From positions 42,859 to 106,858 of the forward strand of contig CAZNDG010000006.1 in NCBI GenBank assembly GCA_964571695.1: DNA of 64,000 nucleotides, written 5' to 3'. Source of the stretch: an uncultured Syntrophus sp. (GTDB taxonomy: Bacteria; Desulfobacterota; Syntrophia; Syntrophales; UBA8958). Under the pieces are notes generated by a model that saw only the letters and a list, made by a program, of their open reading frames with translations, did not search any database and was not told the origin of the DNA. The translations under genes were made by a program, and so were the position numbers. This document shows, one piece after another, positions 58,931-64,000 of this stretch (the first letter of the stretch is position 1; each line of letters starts with the position of its first letter).

Positions 58931-59797
58931 CTATTTCTCCGTACTCGCCGCCCCGAACCATTTCCTCGCGGCGGCATCGGCGGCGCCGTCCCGCTTCATC
59001 TCCGATAGGACCCGGTCCATGGCGTCGCGCAGCGCCCGGTCGTTTTTCCTGAATCCCACGGCGTACTCCTCCCGCCCGAAATCATCGGCAAGGATGGCAA
59101 AGGACCTCGGTTTCCGGGCGGCTAGGTAGCGTCCCATGACTTCGTCGATGATCACCGCGTCGAGACGCCCCGCATCCAGATCGCCCACGGCGTCGGCATT
59201 GTTGCGGTAGCGCTTGATTTCCGTGATGCTCATGGCGATCCTTCGGTCGGCATGGAGGGCCGCATCGCTGGAGGAGCCAAGTTGGAGACCCACCCTTTTT
59301 CCTTTCAGATCGGCCTTGCAGCCGATGGAAGTGCCGCTTCGTACCATAACGATCTGGCGGTTGAGGAGATAGGGCCGGGAAAAGATGATCCGCTCCCGGC
59401 GCTCCGGGGTGACGGAAAGGCCGCTCCAGATCATGTCGATCTCCCCTTTTTCGAGGCTCTCGATTATACCGTCCCAGGGAACCGGCTGGAAAATCACCCG
59501 CAGGCCCAACTTTTCCGCCGCCTTCTTCGCCAGGTCGATATCGAAACCCACCAGTTCATCGCCGGCGGCGATCTTTTCCACGGCTTTTTTCTCCAGATTC
59601 AGCTCGTAGAGGACGGTCCGGTCGGCGCTCGGCCGGCGGAAACTCAGGGGCGGAAAGCGGTCGTCGAGGCCGACGACGATATGGCCCCGCAGGCGGACGA
59701 TCTCAAAAGACCGGTCCCCCCCGCCCGGTCCGGAACAACCGGCGGCTGAAACCACTCCCGCAAGCAGCGTCGCCAGTAGCAAAAGCCTTTTGATCAT
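58931..59797 (-). CDS. Polar amino acid ABC transporter substrate-binding lipoprotein
   Basis: VSAAG-C lipobox, VGLDDRFPP, VGFDIDLA, GLSVTPER, FSRPY, VGFRK. Confidence 0.9.
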   Translation of the reverse strand: MIKRLLLLATLLAGVVSAAGCSGPGGGDRSFEIVRLRGHIVVGLDDRFPPLSFRRPSADRTVLYELNLEKKAVEKIAAGDELVGFDIDLAKKAAEKLGLRVIFQPVPWDGIIESLEKGEIDMIWSGLSVTPERRERIIFSRPYLLNRQIVMVRSGTSIGCKADLKGKRVGLQLGSSSDAALHADRRIAMSITEIKRYRNNADAVGDLDAGRLDAVIIDEVMGRYLAARKPRSFAILADDFGREEYAVGFRKNDRALRDAMDRVLSEMKRDGAADAAARKWFGAASTEK

Positions 59798-59810
59798 ATG
59801 CCAGCCGCCT

Positions 59811-61226
59811 TTATCCCCCCTGGAAATAGCGGGGCTTGATCATGTTTTCCGGCGCCATGATGTCGTCCATCTCCTGCCGGGAAAGGAAGCCCTTTTCCAG
59901 GACGATCTCATAGACGGACCGGCCCGTCTCCAGGGCTTCGTGCGCCACCTCCGTGGCTTTTTCGTAGCCGATATAAGGATTGAGGGCGGTGACCAGTCCG
60001 ATGCTCCTTTCGATGTTGAGTCGGCATTGCTCCCGATTGGCCGTGATCCCTTTGATGCAGCGGTCCGCCAGGGTGAGACAGGCATTGTTCAAAAAGGTGA
60101 TGGAATTGAAGAGGCTGAAGGCGATAATGGGTTCCATGGCGTTCAACTGGAGCTGCCCCGCCTCGGCGGCGAAGGTTACGGTAACGTCGTTGCCGATTAC
60201 GTGAAAGGCCACCTGATTCACCACCTCAGGGATGACGGGATTTACCTTGCCGGGCATGATCGTGGAGCCGGGGGCCATGGCGGGCAGGTGGATCTCGTTG
60301 AAGCCGCAGCGCGGACCCGAGGAAAGGAGGCGCAAATCGTTGCAAATCTTGGAGAGTTTAACCGCCACCCGCTTCAGCACCCCGGAGAGCTGCACATAAA
60401 CCCCCGTGTCCTGGGTGGCCTCCACGAGGTTCACCGACGTCTCCACCTCGATCCCGGTAAACTTGCGGAGATTGAGGACCGCCAGGGGAGCATACTCCGG
60501 ATGGGCGTTCAGTCCCGTGCCGATGGCCGTCGCCCCTAAATTTATCTCCCTCAGGAGCTTCTTCGTTTCCTTTACCCGCTCGATATCTTCCGCCACCATG
60601 ACGGCAAAGGCCGAGAATTCCTGCCGCAGGCTCATGGGCACGGCATCCTGCAGTTGGGTCCGCCCCATCTTGATGACGTCCCGAAACTCGATGGATTTAT
60701 CCTCGAGGGCGTCATAGAGATACTGCATCGATTCGAGAAGCTCCCGGATCTTGAAGATCAGGGCCAAGCGGATCGCCGTGGGATAGACGTCGTTGGTGGA
60801 CTGGCACATGTTGACGTGATTGTTCGGATGGATGATGTCGTAGCGCCCCCTTTCGTAACCGAGCTTTTCCAGGGCGATGTTGGCGATCACCTCGTTGGCA
60901 TTCATGTTGGAAGATGTCCCCGCCCCACCCTGGATCATATCGACGACAAACTGATCCTCGTATTTTCCCGCCAGCAGCTCATCGCAGGCATGGGAGACAG
61001 CCCGGGCGACATCTTCCGGCAGGAGTCCGAGCTTGGCGTTGGCCCGGGCGGCGGCCTTCTTGATATAGGCCAGGGACCGGATCATGAACCGGTACCGCCC
61101 CAGTCTTATGCCGCTGATCTGAAAGTTTTCCACCGCCCGCAGGGTCTGCACGCCATAGTAGCAGTCGGCCGGAACCTCCTTTTCACCCAGTAGATCGTGT
61201 TCGATGCGAAATCCTTTCGCATTCAT
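59811..61226 (-). CDS. aspA: Aspartate ammonia-lyase
   Basis: YYGVQTLRA..NF, QGGAGTS.NMNANEV, KMGRTQLQDA, GSTIMPGKVNP. Confidence 0.93.
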   Translation of the reverse strand: MNAKGFRIEHDLLGEKEVPADCYYGVQTLRAVENFQISGIRLGRYRFMIRSLAYIKKAAARANAKLGLLPEDVARAVSHACDELLAGKYEDQFVVDMIQGGAGTSSNMNANEVIANIALEKLGYERGRYDIIHPNNHVNMCQSTNDVYPTAIRLALIFKIRELLESMQYLYDALEDKSIEFRDVIKMGRTQLQDAVPMSLRQEFSAFAVMVAEDIERVKETKKLLREINLGATAIGTGLNAHPEYAPLAVLNLRKFTGIEVETSVNLVEATQDTGVYVQLSGVLKRVAVKLSKICNDLRLLSSGPRCGFNEIHLPAMAPGSTIMPGKVNPVIPEVVNQVAFHVIGNDVTVTFAAEAGQLQLNAMEPIIAFSLFNSITFLNNACLTLADRCIKGITANREQCRLNIERSIGLVTALNPYIGYEKATEVAHEALETGRSVYEIVLEKGFLSRQEMDDIMAPENMIKPRYFQGG

Positions 61227-61245
61227 GGTACCCTCCTTAAATAAG

Positions 61246-61410
61246 CTCCCTCCCCTTCCAGGGACGGGGTGGGCAATATACGGCTTGAGTTTCCTGCAAC
61301 TCCCTCCCCTTCAAGGGGAGGGCCGGGGTGGGGATGGGTTTAGGTCCCCCCGTCATCACGTGTTTTTAGACCATCCCCCTCCTTGCCTCACCCTTGAAGG
61401 GGGAGGAGGG
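61246..61410. repeat. Cluster of three REP-like palindromic units (BIME-like)
   Basis: CTCCCTCCCCTT(C)CAGGG.. (61246), CTCCCTCCCCTTCAAGGGGAGGG..GGGGTGGGGATGG (61300) and an inverted copy CCATCCCCC..CCCTTGAAGGGGGAGG (61371-61407). Confidence 0.7.
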
Positions 61411-61535
61411 AAACCGCTTGTCTTACTATACGGCGGCGTCCGCGGTGATTTACGAAACGCCGATTTTCTTTTTCCTGACGTAACCATTCCGTGCGCCAGT
61501 GGTCAACCGCACGCAGCCATGCTGCGCGCAAGCGG

Positions 61536-62768
61536 TCAAGCCTCGCTTGGCGCCGCCGTCTCCCCGGCTCCCTCCCCCGGCGTGAGCGGCAGGCCCTCCC
61601 ACTTGGCCACAACCGCGGAGGCGAGGCAGTTGCCGATGACGTTCACCGTCGTTCTCCCCATGTCGGCGATGGCGTCGATGGAAAGGAGCACCGCCACGGC
61701 GGATACCGGCAGGCCGAAGGTGGGAAGAAGCCCGGCGAGAATGACCATGGAGCCCCGGGAGATCCCCGCCACCCCCTTGCTGGCCAGCATGATGGTGAGT
61801 CCCATGAAGAACTGCTGACCGATACTCATCTCGATCCCCGAGGCCTGGGCCACAAATACGGCCGCCATGGGGAGATAGAGGGTCGTGCCGTCAAGATTGA
61901 AGCTGTATCCCACCGGAATAACGAAGGAAACAATGCGCCTGGGGACGCCGAAGGCCTCCATGGCCTCCATGGCCTTGGGCAAAGCGGCCTCGGAGCTCGT
62001 GGTGGAAAAGGCGATGACGGCCGGCTCCTTGACGGCGGCAAAGAACTTCCGGAGGGGAATCCGGAGCAGAAGCATGACGGGCACTAGGATCATGATGATG
62101 AATACCGTGAGGGAGAGGAAGAGGCAGGCAATCAATCCCAGCAGGTGCACTACTACTGATATTCCCTTGCTTCCCACGACGACGGCCAGCGCCGCTCCCA
62201 CGCCGATGGGGGCGAAGCGCATGACGATGTTCGTGTATTTGAACATCACCTCCGTGACGGCCTCGCAAAGTTCGATGATCGGCTTTTTCTTCTCTCCGAT
62301 CATGATCAGGGCCGCGGAGAAAATCACCGTGAATACAACTATCTGGAGGAGATCGCCCCGGGCCGCCGATTCGAGCACGTTTTCCGGAAACATGTGTACC
62401 AGGAGATCCGAAAAGCCGTGGACCTTGCCGGCCACTACCGCCTCCCGGCCGCCGCCGATGTCCACGCCGTCGCCGGGGCGCAACAGGTTCACGGCCAACA
62501 GGCCGATACCCAAAGCGAATGTGGTGATGATCTCGAAATAGACGATGGCTTTGAGTCCCATCCGGCCCACGGCCTTCATGTCGCCGTGTCCGGCGATCCC
62601 CACGATAAGGGATACGAAGATGATGGGGACGACAATGGTCTTGACGAGGCGGATGAAGATGGCGGAGAGCGGTTCGAGGTAAGGGGCGAGGTGAGGAAAG
62701 AGCAGTCCGATCACCAGGCCGAGGGCCATACCGATAAAGATCTTCTGCGAGGGTGATATCTTTTTCAT
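61536..62768 (-). CDS. Dicarboxylate/amino acid:cation symporter (GltP/DctA family)
   Basis: IFIRLVK, AFSTTSSEAALP, VGYSFNLDG, DMGRT..NV.GN. Confidence 0.93.
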   Translation of the reverse strand: MKKISPSQKIFIGMALGLVIGLLFPHLAPYLEPLSAIFIRLVKTIVVPIIFVSLIVGIAGHGDMKAVGRMGLKAIVYFEIITTFALGIGLLAVNLLRPGDGVDIGGGREAVVAGKVHGFSDLLVHMFPENVLESAARGDLLQIVVFTVIFSAALIMIGEKKKPIIELCEAVTEVMFKYTNIVMRFAPIGVGAALAVVVGSKGISVVVHLLGLIACLFLSLTVFIIMILVPVMLLLRIPLRKFFAAVKEPAVIAFSTTSSEAALPKAMEAMEAFGVPRRIVSFVIPVGYSFNLDGTTLYLPMAAVFVAQASGIEMSIGQQFFMGLTIMLASKGVAGISRGSMVILAGLLPTFGLPVSAVAVLLSIDAIADMGRTTVNVIGNCLASAVVAKWEGLPLTPGEGAGETAAPSEA

Positions 62769-62775
62769 CGCCGAT

Positions 62776-63999
62776 TCAGAACAGGGAAAATTCGTGGACG
62801 TCACGGGCCAGGCCGGTCCTCACGGCTACCTCCCGCACCGCTGCGGCGACTTTTTCCTGAACCTTGAGGTTGAAGACGCTGGGGATGATGTAGTCCTCCA
62901 TCAACTGCTCCGGCTCGACGCTGGCGGCGATGGCCCGGGCGGCGGCCAGGAGCATCTCCCGGCTGATCTCCCGGGCATGGCAGTCCAGGACCCCCCGGAA
63001 GAGACCGGGAAAGCAAAGGACGTTGTTGATCTGATTGGGATAATCCGAGCGGCCCGTGGCCATGATCCGCACATATTTCTGGGCTTCCTCCGGCATGATC
63101 TCCGGGGTGGGATTGGCCATGGCGAAGACGATGGGGTCTTTTGCCATCTTTTTGATGTGGGCGGCGTGGAGGAGATTGCCTTCCGAAACGCCGAGGAACA
63201 GGTCCGCTCCTTTGAGGGCCCGGAAGACGTCGCCTTTGAGCTGCTCCTCGTTGGTCTCCAGGGCGAGCTTTTCCTTGACGGGGTTCATGTTTTCCTTCCG
63301 GCCGCGGTACAGGATGCCCTTGCGGTCGCAGCCGATGAAACGCCGGACCCCGGCGGCCCGGAGAAGATTGATGGCGGCCACTCCCGCTGCGCCCAGGCCG
63401 TTCACCACCACGAGGATCTCACCGATGTCCTTGCCGGTGATCTTCAGTGCGTTGAGAAGCCCCGCCAGGATCACCACCGCCGTGCCGTGCTGGTCGTCAT
63501 GGAAGACGGGTATCTCCAGGCTCTCCTTCAGGCGCGCCTCGATCTCGAAACACCGGGGGGCGGAGATGTCTTCCAGATTGATACCACCGAAGCCGGGGGC
63601 GATACGGCGCACCGTCTCCACGATCTCGTCGGAGATTTTCGTATCCAGGCAGATGGGGAAGGCGTCCACACCGCCGAAGTTCTTGAAGAGCAGGGCCTTG
63701 CCCTCCATCACCGGCATGGCGGCCTTCGGCCCGATATCGCCCAGCCCCAGGACGGCGGTGCCGTCGCTGACGATGGCGATACAGTTCTTTTTGATTGTCA
63801 GGTCGTGGGCCCGCTCCGGATCGGCATGGATGGCCTCGCAGACCCGGGCGACCCCGGGTGTGTAAGCCATGGCCAGGTCATCGCGGCTGTTCAGGGGAAT
63901 CTTGCTTTTTACCTCTATTTTTCCACCCATGTGGGCCATGAAGGTGCGGTCGGCGAAGTCGATGACGGCGGCGCCGGCAATCCGCCGGACGGCGGCGAG
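62776..63999 (-). CDS. NAD(P)-dependent malic enzyme, probably with N-terminal ACT extension (truncated by window edge)
   Basis: AYTPGVARVC, DGTAVLGLG, MEGKA, INLEDI, DDQHGTA, SDYPNQINN; frame open to the edge with ..DRTF.AH.GGKIEV. Confidence 0.92.
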   Translation of the reverse strand, partial: LAAVRRIAGAAVIDFADRTFMAHMGGKIEVKSKIPLNSRDDLAMAYTPGVARVCEAIHADPERAHDLTIKKNCIAIVSDGTAVLGLGDIGPKAAMPVMEGKALLFKNFGGVDAFPICLDTKISDEIVETVRRIAPGFGGINLEDISAPRCFEIEARLKESLEIPVFHDDQHGTAVVILAGLLNALKITGKDIGEILVVVNGLGAAGVAAINLLRAAGVRRFIGCDRKGILYRGRKENMNPVKEKLALETNEEQLKGDVFRALKGADLFLGVSEGNLLHAAHIKKMAKDPIVFAMANPTPEIMPEEAQKYVRIMATGRSDYPNQINNVLCFPGLFRGVLDCHAREISREMLLAAARAIAASVEPEQLMEDYIIPSVFNLKVQEKVAAAVREVAVRTGLARDVHEFSLF

Positions 64000-64000
64000 G

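Overview
A gene-dense, GC-rich chromosomal window, most likely from an anaerobic syntrophic deltaproteobacterium (Syntrophales-like, inferred from gene content). Energy genes: a split F0 ATP synthase locus (atpZ-atpI-atpB ends in a terminator; two detached atpE paralogs), an hdrA-flxD-flxC-hdrC-hdrB-flxB-flxA cluster followed by nfnAB, with flxD carrying an in-frame UGA (selenocysteine) and a SECIS hairpin. Other content: ahbB-hemL, nucleotide-sugar genes, three Hsp20 genes, ppsA, RNase P RNA, tRNA-Ile2(CAU), yqeY-dnaG-rpoD, a partial his operon, TRAP and LIV transporters, azlCD, and a malic enzyme-gltP-aspA cluster. No CRISPR array, rRNA or transposase was seen, but several MITE/REP-like palindromes were. 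Two candidates stand out. (1) A divergent locus where a soluble PAS kinase and an NtrC-type activator face a consensus sigma-54 promoter with a perfect 16-bp inverted repeat upstream; this promoter precedes a second ATP synthase c subunit (with a pseudoknot-compatible leader) and a Cache receptor that has no output domain. (2) The primary sigma-70 in the dnaG operon has an in-frame, strongly rewritten region 4.2 helix-turn-helix, although TTGACA promoters are common in the window. All calls rest on motif recognition by eye; no database searches or folding programs were run.
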